A stretch of DNA of 64,000 nucleotides from Candidatus Magasanikiibacteriota bacterium (GTDB lineage: Bacteria; Patescibacteriota; Patescibacteriia; Magasanikbacterales; 2-02-FULL-50-9b). Position numbers and translations under genes: made by a program. The notes below the pieces were generated by a model. That model had not been told where the DNA came from and ran no database searches. It saw only the letters and a list, made by a program, of their open reading frames with translations. Location of the stretch: assembly GCA_023246755.1 (NCBI GenBank), contig JAHFHU010000004.1:4214-68213 (forward strand). Direction: 5' to 3'. Position 1 is the stretch's first letter, and each line of letters begins with the position of its first letter. Below, piece after piece: positions 38,988 to 48,743 of the stretch.

Positions 38988-40106
38988 TTAAAACCGACAC
39001 CGCGCGGCAACTCGGTTTATGCTGTAAATGATGAGGGTACTATAGGCCGCAACGACCACTGTCCAACCTGTTTCGACCTGCGCCAAACTACCCGGAATAC
39101 GCGCAATAAATTCAAGAGTTTTCAAAAAAATAAATGCAACCACATACGCACCATACGCAACGGGTGTAATTACAAAGGGTGCAAAAAAATGTGCAGCAAG
39201 CGTCGTGATTCCGAGACACATAAGTAGCGGAACAAACGGCGTGACAATAATATTCGCGATCAGCGCACTCATTGACATCACATGAAAATAAAATATTTCA
39301 AGCGGCAGCACAAACAATGTTGCCGCAATTGTTTCTGATACGACAGAAAAAAAACTCCCTTCCGGTTTTTCAAAAATAATGAGTCCCAATGTCGCAAGAC
39401 AAGAAAACTGAAACCCGACATCGCATGCAACGGTTGGGTTAATGAGAACCATACATGCAGCGGCCGCGCCGAGTGCATGCAGCGCGGAAGGACGACGGCC
39501 GACGAGTGGTGAAAAATACATAATACACCCCATAATTCCGGCTCGTATCACGCTTGCCGGCGCACCAGTGATAAAAATAAATATGGCGATACCGGTTGCG
39601 ATAATATAAAACCGCATGTGTGGCGCACACGGAATCCGATTAAGCGCCCATTCGATCCATCGAACCACGAAAGAAACGTTTGATCCCGAAACTGCGACGA
39701 TGTGCATCGTACCCGTTGCTCGAAAAATATACCTCCAATCTGCATCAAATCCCGACGTCCCACCAAATAAAATACCGGAGATGAGAGTCCGATACGGATT
39801 TTCAAGATACACTGCAAAAACACGGTCACAGACGTCGCGCACGTCAGTAAAAAGTGTGTGCTCCGGAATTCTGATGATATTTCCAAAAAAAGTTCGCGCG
39901 ATTCCACAAATAAATCCAAAAATAACTAATGTTGCCCACGTATATTTTCGATAGAGCGCGAAAAAAGATACAACAAGCGCAACCAAAATGATAAAAAAAT
40001 GTTGTCGCGCAAATGGCCCACACAAAATACCTGCTATAAAAGCTACGGCCCACACCGGCAACGCAAAAATGTATACGAAAATAGATCCCCCTCCTTTTTG
40101 AACCAT
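38988..40106 (-). CDS. comEC: ComEC/Rec2 competence protein (Competence domain only)
   Basis: G..HIVAVSG.N, ASV.RA.IM and GFQ.S.LAT.G motifs. Confidence 0.9.
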   Translation of the reverse strand: MVQKGGGSIFVYIFALPVWAVAFIAGILCGPFARQHFFIILVALVVSFFALYRKYTWATLVIFGFICGIARTFFGNIIRIPEHTLFTDVRDVCDRVFAVYLENPYRTLISGILFGGTSGFDADWRYIFRATGTMHIVAVSGSNVSFVVRWIEWALNRIPCAPHMRFYIIATGIAIFIFITGAPASVIRAGIMGCIMYFSPLVGRRPSALHALGAAAACMVLINPTVACDVGFQFSCLATLGLIIFEKPEGSFFSVVSETIAATLFVLPLEIFYFHVMSMSALIANIIVTPFVPLLMCLGITTLAAHFFAPFVITPVAYGAYVVAFIFLKTLEFIARIPGSLAQVETGWTVVVAAYSTLIIYSINRVAARCRF

Positions 40107-40115
40107 ATTTTTTAA

Positions 40116-40898
40116 TCACCACGCACGCACCGCTCGAATAAATGTTTTTAAAGACTCTTGCCCACCGATCGTAATACGTGGCAACGCGAGTGTGTTAGTA
40201 TAATTTTTTCCATGACTCTCGTCTGCAGCAAATGCAAAGCTCATGCCCGCTTCTGCGACCATTTTCTCCTCGCGCACACCAAATTTTCCAAATGGATATG
40301 CAAATGCCCTGACTGGTTTACCCGTTATCATCTCCAATCGATTTTTTGAATATATAATTTCTTCACGTGCATCATCATCGGAAATTTCTTGCAATCGCAC
40401 GTGCGTCATCGTGTGCGCACCAATTTCAACTAATCCCGATTCAGATAATTCGCGCAATTGTGCGTACGACATGCGCCCATTCGTTCCATCAAAGCCCGGA
40501 TTCGCAAAAACAGTAATTTTGATATTATATTTTTTAAGCAGTGGCAAAACGACGCTGTACACATCCTCTGTTCCATCATCAAAGGTGAGCATTACCGTTT
40601 TTTGAGGATACACCCCATCACCACGCTCACGTGCTACAAAAAAATCAGAGACAAACGGCGTGTTATAGTTGTTATCGGATAGATATTTGAACTCATCTTC
40701 CAATAATTTCGGGCTGATCGAAAAAGCTTTTAAATTTGGACCGCTATTTTCATCGGTCTCCATGACTTCGTGATACATTAATATCGAAGGCGTCGTCACA
40801 TTTCGTGGCGTCGCACTATTTTTTTTCGCATACACAAAAAACGGCGTTGTAACAAACACGAAACTCAACACGATAATTGCAGTTATTTCACGTTTCAC
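40116..40898 (-). CDS. Polysaccharide deacetylase (CE4)
   Basis: ILMYH, LTFDDG, GAHTMTH and FAYPFG motifs. Confidence 0.92.
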   Translation of the reverse strand: MKREITAIIVLSFVFVTTPFFVYAKKNSATPRNVTTPSILMYHEVMETDENSGPNLKAFSISPKLLEDEFKYLSDNNYNTPFVSDFFVARERGDGVYPQKTVMLTFDDGTEDVYSVVLPLLKKYNIKITVFANPGFDGTNGRMSYAQLRELSESGLVEIGAHTMTHVRLQEISDDDAREEIIYSKNRLEMITGKPVRAFAYPFGKFGVREEKMVAEAGMSFAFAADESHGKNYTNTLALPRITIGGQESLKTFIRAVRAW

Positions 40899-43800
40899 AA
40901 AACGATATTTACTAATCTGCCTTTAATCACGATCACGTTAGTTGGCTCCTCCCCCGCGAGCCACTCGCGTATTTTAAAAGAATTAAGCGCGAGCGTTTTC
41001 AGATCTTCTTCGGACAGAGACGCTGCGACAATAATTCGATCACGAACCTTACCATTAATCTGTACCACGAGTTCGAATGTTTCGTCAACAACCAAATCGC
41101 GATCAAACGACGGCCACCATTGCTCACACACCAATCCGTCGCCCGATATCACCGACCACACCTCTTCCGAAACATGTGGCGCCACGACATTGAGTGCGCG
41201 CACAAAAAGTTTGAGCGTGTCTTTCGTAATCGCATTCGCGCTATACACCGAATTAACAAAAGTCATGTAGTGCGCAACCGCCGTGTTAAAACTCATCCGA
41301 TCATAGTCCTCGGACACTGCTTTGATTAATTTATGAACGCCACGCGTCACCGCTTCCGGCTCCGTTTCCGCAATAAGATTTGGCAATCGCATCACGCGAT
41401 CCAAAAATCGTTTGACACCAGACACCCCTGAAACACTCCACGGCGCCGGTTCGCTAAATGGTCCGATAAATAGTTCGTAGAGTCGAAGTGTGTCAGCGCC
41501 CTGCCCCCGCACAATTTCGTCCGGATTCACCACATTCCCTTTTGATTTCGACATCTTCGTCCCATCTTCCGACATGATAAGGCCATGCGACACACGCCGC
41601 GCATACGGCTCAGACGTTGGCACAAAGCCCGCGTCGTACATAAATTTATTCCAAAAACGCGAGTACAGCAAATGCAATGTTGTGTGCTCCATGCCACCGT
41701 TGTAAAGGTCAACCGGCATCCAATATTTCAGTTTGTCCGCGGCTGCAAACGCTGTTTCGTTGTGCGCATCGCAGTATCGCAAAAAATACCAACTCGAACC
41801 CGCCCAGTTTGGCATTGTGTCTGTTTCGCGCTTTGCGGGGCCGCCACAACGTGGACATTCCGTATTCACAAATTCCGGAATCAACGCGAGTGGCGATTCG
41901 CCATTGTCTGTTGGTTCGTACTTTTCAATGTGCGGAAGTGTGAGCGGGAGTGCAGAATCAGGCAATGGGTTCCAGCCTGAAATACGCGCTGACTCAAGAA
42001 TTACCGGCTCAACGGATGCACAAAAATGTTCATCATGTGGTCGTACGATCTGCACCGCAGCTTTGTAAAATTGTCCCATCTCGCGATGGTTGTCGAGCTT
42101 AAAAATCGATTCAGTTTCATCGCCAAGCAACAACAATTCGTCAGTTGCGCCGCGCACACGCGCTGCATCAAATTTCCAGTCGCAACTCACTTCTACTTCG
42201 GGCCGTGCATGATCTCGAAATTTTGCATTCATGAACCCGTCAACAAAAATTGCTTTACGAATTTTCACCGAAAGTTTTGGTAATAATTTCTGCGCAACAA
42301 CGGTTCCCAAACTGTGTGCGACAATAATCGTGTCTTCGGTAAAATTCACCGAACGTTCTAAAAATGCAACCTGCTCATCGATGTTTGGCTGGTCAGCGCT
42401 TGGTAAATCATGCGCGACAACAGAATGACCATCGGCCTCTAGTTTTTGTTTCAGCCACGGAAAAAAATTCGTGTTAACCGATCCTTTAAATCCGTGAATA
42501 AATACATACTGATACTTTTTTGCCGCACACGCTTCGCAATGCACCAGTGGAATCGGTTCGCCCCAATAACGCTGACGCGAAAAAACCCAATCACGCAATT
42601 TGAACGTAACTTTGCGCGCGCCGCACCCCTGTTCCTCAAGCCACGCAACCATTTTTTGTTGTGCTTGCAACGTGGCAAGGCCATTCAAAAACTCTGAATT
42701 TGTATTTACACCATCTTCGATCCATAGTTCTGCTTCAACACAAACATCTTCAGCTTCTTTTGTTGCAGGATTGCTAAACACAAGCGATCCAAGTTTTGGT
42801 GGAAGCACAACTTTTTTTATTGGTAACCCAAACTTTTTCGCAAACTCGAAATCGCGTTCATCGTGCGCCGGCACTGCCATCACCGCACCCGTGCCATAGC
42901 CCGCCAAAACATAGTCAGAAATCCAAATGGGCACGCGCTCGCCATTCGCCGGATTCACCGCATACGCGCCCGTGAACACACCGGTTTTTTCGCGTGTTGC
43001 ATCTGTGCGCTCCATTTCAGTTTTGCGCGCAACCGCGGCGCGATAATCTGCTACCGCAAGATATCGCTCAAGGTGTTCCACCTGCACAACACTTTTTCCA
43101 AATATTTCAGACACTGTACACAACTTTTCTTTTACTTCGGCGATAGGCAACCACATGAAATCCGTTTTTTCAATTTCCGTTTCATCACGTGGCAATGGCT
43201 CATCACTTCCAATAACAACCAAGAAAATGGTGTCGGTGCTTCGGATATTTTTTTTACGTGTGTGATAATAGTTATGTTTAAATGTGCCCAAATTTTTTAT
43301 GATCTTCACGTTGGTGTAACCCGTTTCTTCGCGCAGTTCGCGGAGCACTGCTTGCTCAGGTGTTTCACCTTCGTCAACGCCACCGCCCGGCAAAATATAT
43401 TGTTGCGTGGGCTTATCAAATGTAATCAGCATTTTGCCATCACGCACGCACATCGCGCGAACAGTCGCACGCGGCGAACTATCTGGCAACAAATCACCAA
43501 GCTCTTGGTCGTGTGCAATTACAAGCTCATCCACCAACGCATGCTCAGGCGCAAGCGTTACGTACGTCACGCCAAACAACGTATCCGGCCGCGTCGTAAA
43601 CACACGAATTTTTTTGTCCGCGAAGCCCTCAACCGCAAAATCAACTTCCGCGCCCTCACTTTTCCCAATCCACTCCTCTTGTTGCTTTTTAATCTTCGGC
43701 AAATAATTCACGGTGTCCAAATCAGCAAGCAAACGATCCGCATACTTCGTAATTCCGATCATCCACTGTTCTTTTTCTCGTTTTTCAACCGCGCCGCCAC

Positions 43801-44329
43801 ACCGCTCACACACACCACCTGCCGCTTCTTCATTGGCCAAACCAATTTTATCTTTCGGGCACCAGTTGATCATCGTCTTTGCTTTATATGCCAAACCTGC
43901 CTTAAAAAATTGCAAAAACTGCCACTGCGTCCATTTATAATACCCCGCATCCGTCGAATTAATTTCGCGCGACCAATCAAACGACAACCCAAGCGATTGA
44001 ATCTGGCGCTTAAATGTCGCGATATTTTCATCCGTTATTTCCGCAGGCGCGCGACCGGTTTTGATCGCATAATTTTCCGTCGGCAACCCAAACGCGTCCC
44101 AACCCATGGGATATAAAACGTTTTTGCCTTGCATGCGAGCGCGCCGCGCAAGTGCGTCAAGCGCAACATACGAACGCGGATGCCCGACGTGCAGCCCCGC
44201 GCCCGACGGATACGGAAACTCAACTAAAAAATACTGTTTTGGTTTTTCTGAAAAATCTTCTGCCTTAAAAACTCCAGCCACAAGCCAGCGATCCTGCCAT
44301 TTTTTATCTATCTCGCCGTGATTGTACAT
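40895..44329 (-). CDS. leuS: Leucine--tRNA ligase with inserted Nudix and alpha/beta-hydrolase domains
   Basis: HVGH, TTRPDT, GTGAVMAVPAHD and KMSKS motifs; 1144 aa. Confidence 0.97.
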   Translation of the reverse strand: MYNHGEIDKKWQDRWLVAGVFKAEDFSEKPKQYFLVEFPYPSGAGLHVGHPRSYVALDALARRARMQGKNVLYPMGWDAFGLPTENYAIKTGRAPAEITDENIATFKRQIQSLGLSFDWSREINSTDAGYYKWTQWQFLQFFKAGLAYKAKTMINWCPKDKIGLANEEAAGGVCERCGGAVEKREKEQWMIGITKYADRLLADLDTVNYLPKIKKQQEEWIGKSEGAEVDFAVEGFADKKIRVFTTRPDTLFGVTYVTLAPEHALVDELVIAHDQELGDLLPDSSPRATVRAMCVRDGKMLITFDKPTQQYILPGGGVDEGETPEQAVLRELREETGYTNVKIIKNLGTFKHNYYHTRKKNIRSTDTIFLVVIGSDEPLPRDETEIEKTDFMWLPIAEVKEKLCTVSEIFGKSVVQVEHLERYLAVADYRAAVARKTEMERTDATREKTGVFTGAYAVNPANGERVPIWISDYVLAGYGTGAVMAVPAHDERDFEFAKKFGLPIKKVVLPPKLGSLVFSNPATKEAEDVCVEAELWIEDGVNTNSEFLNGLATLQAQQKMVAWLEEQGCGARKVTFKLRDWVFSRQRYWGEPIPLVHCEACAAKKYQYVFIHGFKGSVNTNFFPWLKQKLEADGHSVVAHDLPSADQPNIDEQVAFLERSVNFTEDTIIVAHSLGTVVAQKLLPKLSVKIRKAIFVDGFMNAKFRDHARPEVEVSCDWKFDAARVRGATDELLLLGDETESIFKLDNHREMGQFYKAAVQIVRPHDEHFCASVEPVILESARISGWNPLPDSALPLTLPHIEKYEPTDNGESPLALIPEFVNTECPRCGGPAKRETDTMPNWAGSSWYFLRYCDAHNETAFAAADKLKYWMPVDLYNGGMEHTTLHLLYSRFWNKFMYDAGFVPTSEPYARRVSHGLIMSEDGTKMSKSKGNVVNPDEIVRGQGADTLRLYELFIGPFSEPAPWSVSGVSGVKRFLDRVMRLPNLIAETEPEAVTRGVHKLIKAVSEDYDRMSFNTAVAHYMTFVNSVYSANAITKDTLKLFVRALNVVAPHVSEEVWSVISGDGLVCEQWWPSFDRDLVVDETFELVVQINGKVRDRIIVAASLSEEDLKTLALNSFKIREWLAGEEPTNVIVIKGRLVNIVL

Positions 44330-44370
44330 ATGCGCAAATTTTAACGAATTTCCCGCAAATGCGCAAGATT

Positions 44371-44417
44371 AAAAATACCCCGATGCCCTTGCTCACCTAG
44401 CGCAAGTTCATCGAGGT
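44371..44417 (-). terminator. Probable terminator of the 44437..44991 gene
   Basis: Imperfect CCCCGATG/CATCGAGG stem with a T-tract on the minus strand. Confidence 0.5.
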
Positions 44418-44436
44418 TTCTCTTTTGATCGTTCAG

Positions 44437-44991
44437 TCACCCACCATCCCGTTCAATTGTATCAAATTCCAGTTGGCCCTCCACCACGTGAAGAACACTA
44501 TCTGGCGACACAGGCGCGGCCATGTGAGCAATCGGCGAACGCGGACAGGTAAACACGATTTTTAAATCGGTACCCACCCGATCAGTCAAATCATCATGAT
44601 AGGCCGAAACCTGCCAATAATTCTGCCGGGCAATCTCCGTGAGCGCATCAAGTACAATGCCCGGACGATATTCTGTTTGCACATGCGGCTCGCAACAAGC
44701 ACGATCACCAACCCGCCCAAGTGTGAATAAGACTACGTGGAGATTGCGCACCCGACGATTGGGGCGCATCAATCGAATCGCCCGACGGACAACCCATCCG
44801 TCGTCAAATAGTTCATCAGGCAACAAACTTGCGTCAAGGGCACGCGCCGAAAGCTCTGTCAATCGCGCTCCGCCCACCCCACCCTTGGGGATTCTGCGTT
44901 TCGATACAAGATTGATTTTGTTGCCAACATCGCTCAAATCATGGACCAAAAACTGCAGAGTTATGGTCCGAATCGTCTGGTCAACAGCCAT
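44437..44991 (-). CDS. Hypothetical protein
   Basis: 184-aa ORF with G-rich SD-like sequence, upstream TTGACA and downstream hairpin. Confidence 0.6.
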   Translation of the reverse strand: MAVDQTIRTITLQFLVHDLSDVGNKINLVSKRRIPKGGVGGARLTELSARALDASLLPDELFDDGWVVRRAIRLMRPNRRVRNLHVVLFTLGRVGDRACCEPHVQTEYRPGIVLDALTEIARQNYWQVSAYHDDLTDRVGTDLKIVFTCPRSPIAHMAAPVSPDSVLHVVEGQLEFDTIERDGG

Positions 44992-45080
44992 GTTTCCACC
45001 CCCATTTTCTGTTGTGGTTAAAAGAACCGAACCTCATTACACCACAGTCAAAAAAATCTGTCAACTAGCTGGACAAAATA

Positions 45081-45392
45081 CTATTTAAACATCGCCTTAA
45101 GCTGTTCAATCGTTTGAACACCCGCGCTTTGGGCTGCTGGCTTACCATCTTTAAAAACAATAAACGTTGGGATGGACATAATATTAAACTTGCTCGCTGT
45201 CTCGGAATTTTCGTCGACGTTCATTTTCCCAATTTTGACACCCGCGCCTTCCATTTCATGCGCAAGATTTTCGATAACAGGGCTCATCATGCGACACGGA
45301 CCACACCATGGCGCCCAAAAATCAACGAACACAGGCTCACTCGATCCTAAAACTTCTGTTTCAAAATTTGCATCGGTAAATTCGATTTCCAT
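45081..45392 (-). CDS. trxA: Thioredoxin
   Basis: DFWAPWCGPC and SIPT motifs. Confidence 0.97.
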   Translation of the reverse strand: MEIEFTDANFETEVLGSSEPVFVDFWAPWCGPCRMMSPVIENLAHEMEGAGVKIGKMNVDENSETASKFNIMSIPTFIVFKDGKPAAQSAGVQTIEQLKAMFK

Positions 45393-45461
45393 AAAAAGAT
45401 TATTGAAAGTAAATGATACGTTCTAACGAAAAAAACGTCAAATGCGCGTCGCTCCGAAAAA

Positions 45462-47486
45462 TTATTTTGCGAAAACAACTTTCTTCTTGTGCTCCTCTTT
45501 TGTATACGCCTCAAGCACGTCACCCTCTTGCAACGGCTCTTTGCCTTCGTATTTAATACCACATTCGTGGCCCGCCGGAATTTCCTTAACATCAACTTTA
45601 CCCATTTGTGTTGAGGTGATTTTTCCGTCGGCGATATATTCGCGATTGCGATATACCCGCACAAACGAACCATTCGGAATTTTACCCTGATCAACACGCC
45701 CACCAACAACCTGCACTTTTTTATCCGTGCGAAAAACCGCGAGCGTTTTAAACGTCCCGTGTTCGGTGATCACGACTTCAACAGGAACCAACGCCTGCAA
45801 ACGCTCTTCAATCAAATGAAACATGTCGTAAATTACTTTGAACAAATGGACTTCAACACTTTTCGCACTTGCAATCAGCTGTGCGCTTGGAATCGGCTGC
45901 ACGTGAAATCCGAGCACAAGCGCATGTGAACTTTCTGCGCGCAAAATATCTGGCTCCGTAAAATTACCAAGTCCGCGCCCAACAATTTTCACCCCAACTT
46001 CGTCGCTCTGATATTTTTCAAGCGACTGAATAATCGCTTCAAGCGAACCGAGCACATCAGCCTTAACAACAACATTGAGCCATTGTTTTTTCTGCTCGCC
46101 CTCGTCGCCCTCCGCATCTTCGCCAACACCACTTGTTTGCTGCACGACCGGCGCGGTCATGCCCGATGTACGGACGCGCTTCACTTTTGTTGCTTCACCA
46201 AGTTTTGCAACATCCAAAATATCGCCAACTTCCGGCGCGCTCTTGAAACCCAAAATTTTAACCGGCATCGACGGGGCAGCTTCATCAACATACACCCCTG
46301 CATGATCTTTCATCGCACGCACTGTTCCATAAATTCCGCCATTCACCACGAGCGGATCACCTTTGTGGAGCGTGCCACCCTGCACGAGCAATGTTGCAAC
46401 GGGCCCCTCGCCCTTGTCAACGTGCGATTCGATAATTGTGCCAATCGCTTTTCGATTTGGATTCGCGCGAATTTTCTCCGCATCTACTTCAGACACGAGC
46501 AGAACCGTTTCGAGTAATTTTTCAACACCAAGACCCGTCTTTGCTGAAATTGGAACGAGCGGAACGCTGCCACCCCACTCTTCAATTAAAACATTATTCG
46601 CCGACAATTCTGTTTTTGCCTTATCAATATTTACGCCCTCTTTATCCATTTTATTGAGCGCAACGACAACCGGAATTTTTGCAGCCTGAATAATTTTAAT
46701 CGCTTCAACCGTTTGCGGCATCACGCCATCGTCCGCCGCAACAACCAAAATCGCGATATCCGCGATACGCGCGCCACGCGAACGCATGACGGTAAACGCT
46801 TCGTGACCCGGCGTATCAATAAATGTAATAAGCCGATTATTTTTAATAACTTGATACGCACCAATATGTTGCGTGATACCGCCCGATTCGCCGCCCATGA
46901 CGTTCGTTGCCCGAATTGCGTCGAGCAGTTTTGTTTTCCCGTGATCAACGTGACCCATCACAACCACAACCGGCGGGCGCGCAACCAAATCTTCCGAGCG
47001 CTCGGCGTCGAGCTGCTGTTTCATCTCAACAACTTGCGATGTCGAAACCTCCGCTTCGGGCGCCGCGCCCGCTTCTTGCTGAATATTGAAACCCAAATCT
47101 TCCGCAATCACCTGCGCAGTTTCATAATCGATACGCTCATTCAAACTCGCAAGAATTCCATTTTTCATGAGCTCGGAAATAATCGTCGTCACCGGCAAGG
47201 TGAGCGCGGCCGCAAAATCGCGCACGGTCATCACCGGCGGCAACGTTGCACTCTTGCCTTCTGCCTTGCGTGCTTCTTTTTCCGCAATGCGTTGCTGCTC
47301 TTTGGCGCGACGCTGCTTTTCTTTCCAGTCCGCGTACATTCGGCGCCATTCACGAATGATGCTATCCGCAATTTTATCATCAACCTTCACCGCTTTCCGA
47401 CCAATATCAAAACCATAGTTCGGAAGAACTTCATACATTTCTTTGACACTGACGCGCAATTTACGAGCTAATTCGGAAACGTTCAT
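45462..47486 (-). CDS. infB: Translation initiation factor IF-2
   Basis: GHVDHGKT, GGITQHIGAY, DTPGHEAF and NKMD motifs. Confidence 0.98.
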   Translation of the reverse strand: MNVSELARKLRVSVKEMYEVLPNYGFDIGRKAVKVDDKIADSIIREWRRMYADWKEKQRRAKEQQRIAEKEARKAEGKSATLPPVMTVRDFAAALTLPVTTIISELMKNGILASLNERIDYETAQVIAEDLGFNIQQEAGAAPEAEVSTSQVVEMKQQLDAERSEDLVARPPVVVVMGHVDHGKTKLLDAIRATNVMGGESGGITQHIGAYQVIKNNRLITFIDTPGHEAFTVMRSRGARIADIAILVVAADDGVMPQTVEAIKIIQAAKIPVVVALNKMDKEGVNIDKAKTELSANNVLIEEWGGSVPLVPISAKTGLGVEKLLETVLLVSEVDAEKIRANPNRKAIGTIIESHVDKGEGPVATLLVQGGTLHKGDPLVVNGGIYGTVRAMKDHAGVYVDEAAPSMPVKILGFKSAPEVGDILDVAKLGEATKVKRVRTSGMTAPVVQQTSGVGEDAEGDEGEQKKQWLNVVVKADVLGSLEAIIQSLEKYQSDEVGVKIVGRGLGNFTEPDILRAESSHALVLGFHVQPIPSAQLIASAKSVEVHLFKVIYDMFHLIEERLQALVPVEVVITEHGTFKTLAVFRTDKKVQVVGGRVDQGKIPNGSFVRVYRNREYIADGKITSTQMGKVDVKEIPAGHECGIKYEGKEPLQEGDVLEAYTKEEHKKKVVFAK

Positions 47487-47549
47487 GGAGAGGGAGATTA
47501 AAGTATTGCAATACTAACGCAAAAACTGACATTCGTCAAACCGGCCGCG

Positions 47550-47578
47550 TTGACATGAGCGGCACAATACGATAAACT
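47550..47578 (+). promoter_or_regulatory. sigma70 promoter of nrnA
   Basis: TTGACA, 17-nt spacer, TAAACT. Confidence 0.65.
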
Positions 47579-47592
47579 GCTTTATTCGACTT

Positions 47593-48564
47593 ATGCAAGC
47601 ACTTGCCCAGCAAATTCATATGCACCTGACGACACGCGCGCGGCGTGTTGTTGTGGTGCCACACAAGAGTCCGGATGGCGACACACTCGGCGCCGCAACT
47701 GCATTTGTCCACTACTTGCGTGCGTCTGGAGTTGCGGCAACACTGTGGTGCAAAACCGGTGTGTCAAACGCGCTCGCATTTTTACCACACGCAGACGAGG
47801 TGCGTTCGGATCCCGCGCTGTGGGTCGAGCATCAATTTGACACGGTGTGTATTTTTGATTCCGGCGATCCCATCTTTGCTGGCGCGCAGGAGTGCATCGA
47901 CGCGCTTGCCGCAAAGCCACTCATCATCAATTTTGATCATCACTTTACCAACACACATTTTGGCGCATACAATTTTTTGCAACTCGACGCTGCATCAACC
48001 ACACAAGTTTTATTTAATTATTTTAATTTTGTCGGCGTCGACATCGATCCATCGATCGCAACATCGCTCCTCACCGGCCTCATGACCGACACCGGAAATT
48101 TTTCAAATCCCGCGACGAGCGAATCCGCTCTGCACGTCGGTGGAGAGCTGATGCGCCTCGGCGGAAATTACGCCGCGATTTTAAATTACACGTATCGCAA
48201 CAAAAGTCCGGACACGCTCCGTTTGTGGGGTGTTGCCTTGTCGCGCCTCACGATAAAAAAAGATTTGGATTTGGCGTACACGGTTTTGACACGCGATGAC
48301 ATCACGCGCCTCAAAGTTGCAGACGGCGACGTCGAGGGCGTTGCAAATTTTTTAAACTCAATCGGCGAAACAAAAATTTCGTTAGTTCTCAAAGAAACGC
48401 AGGATGGCATGGTCAAGGGGTCGCTCCGTACGACACATAATGATGTTGATGTCTCCGCGATCGCCGCAACATTTGGTGGCGGCGGCCACAAAAAGGCCGC
48501 CGGTTTTGCGGTGCGCGGACGTTTGGTTGAGCACGACGGGGAATGGAATATTGTACGGGAGTGA
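47593..48564 (+). CDS. nrnA: DHH/DHHA1 oligoribonuclease / pAp phosphatase
   Basis: H..PDGD, DHH, TDTG.F and GGGGHKKAAG motifs. Confidence 0.93.
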   Translation: MQALAQQIHMHLTTRARRVVVVPHKSPDGDTLGAATAFVHYLRASGVAATLWCKTGVSNALAFLPHADEVRSDPALWVEHQFDTVCIFDSGDPIFAGAQECIDALAAKPLIINFDHHFTNTHFGAYNFLQLDAASTTQVLFNYFNFVGVDIDPSIATSLLTGLMTDTGNFSNPATSESALHVGGELMRLGGNYAAILNYTYRNKSPDTLRLWGVALSRLTIKKDLDLAYTVLTRDDITRLKVADGDVEGVANFLNSIGETKISLVLKETQDGMVKGSLRTTHNDVDVSAIAATFGGGGHKKAAGFAVRGRLVEHDGEWNIVRE

Positions 48565-48699
48565 CTACGGTTTAGTCAGGCTCACGCGTCAAAATTCCCA
48601 GCGTGAATTTTGCGCTGTCTCTCGGGCTCGCTCGTTTCGCTTCGCGAAACACCTGCCCGCTCGCCCTGCGAGACGAGCCTTCGTGAACCGTAGTCACTC
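48559..48699 (+). repeat. Structured dispersed element, copy B
   Basis: Perfect 14-bp terminal inverted repeat plus AGGCTC/GAGCCT, enclosing two hairpins homologous to copy A. Confidence 0.8.
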
Positions 48700-48743
48700 G
48701 CTATAACAAACTAATATTACACCTCTGTAACAATACCAATGCT

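Noticed and set aside
41978-43519. Inteins or introns as the explanation for the long leuS
   Set aside because: No intein terminal residues or LAGLIDADG motif; the frame is continuous and the inserts are recognisable enzymes
42863-44116. 417-aa plus-strand ORF
   Set aside because: Antisense to leuS; composition typical of a shadow ORF
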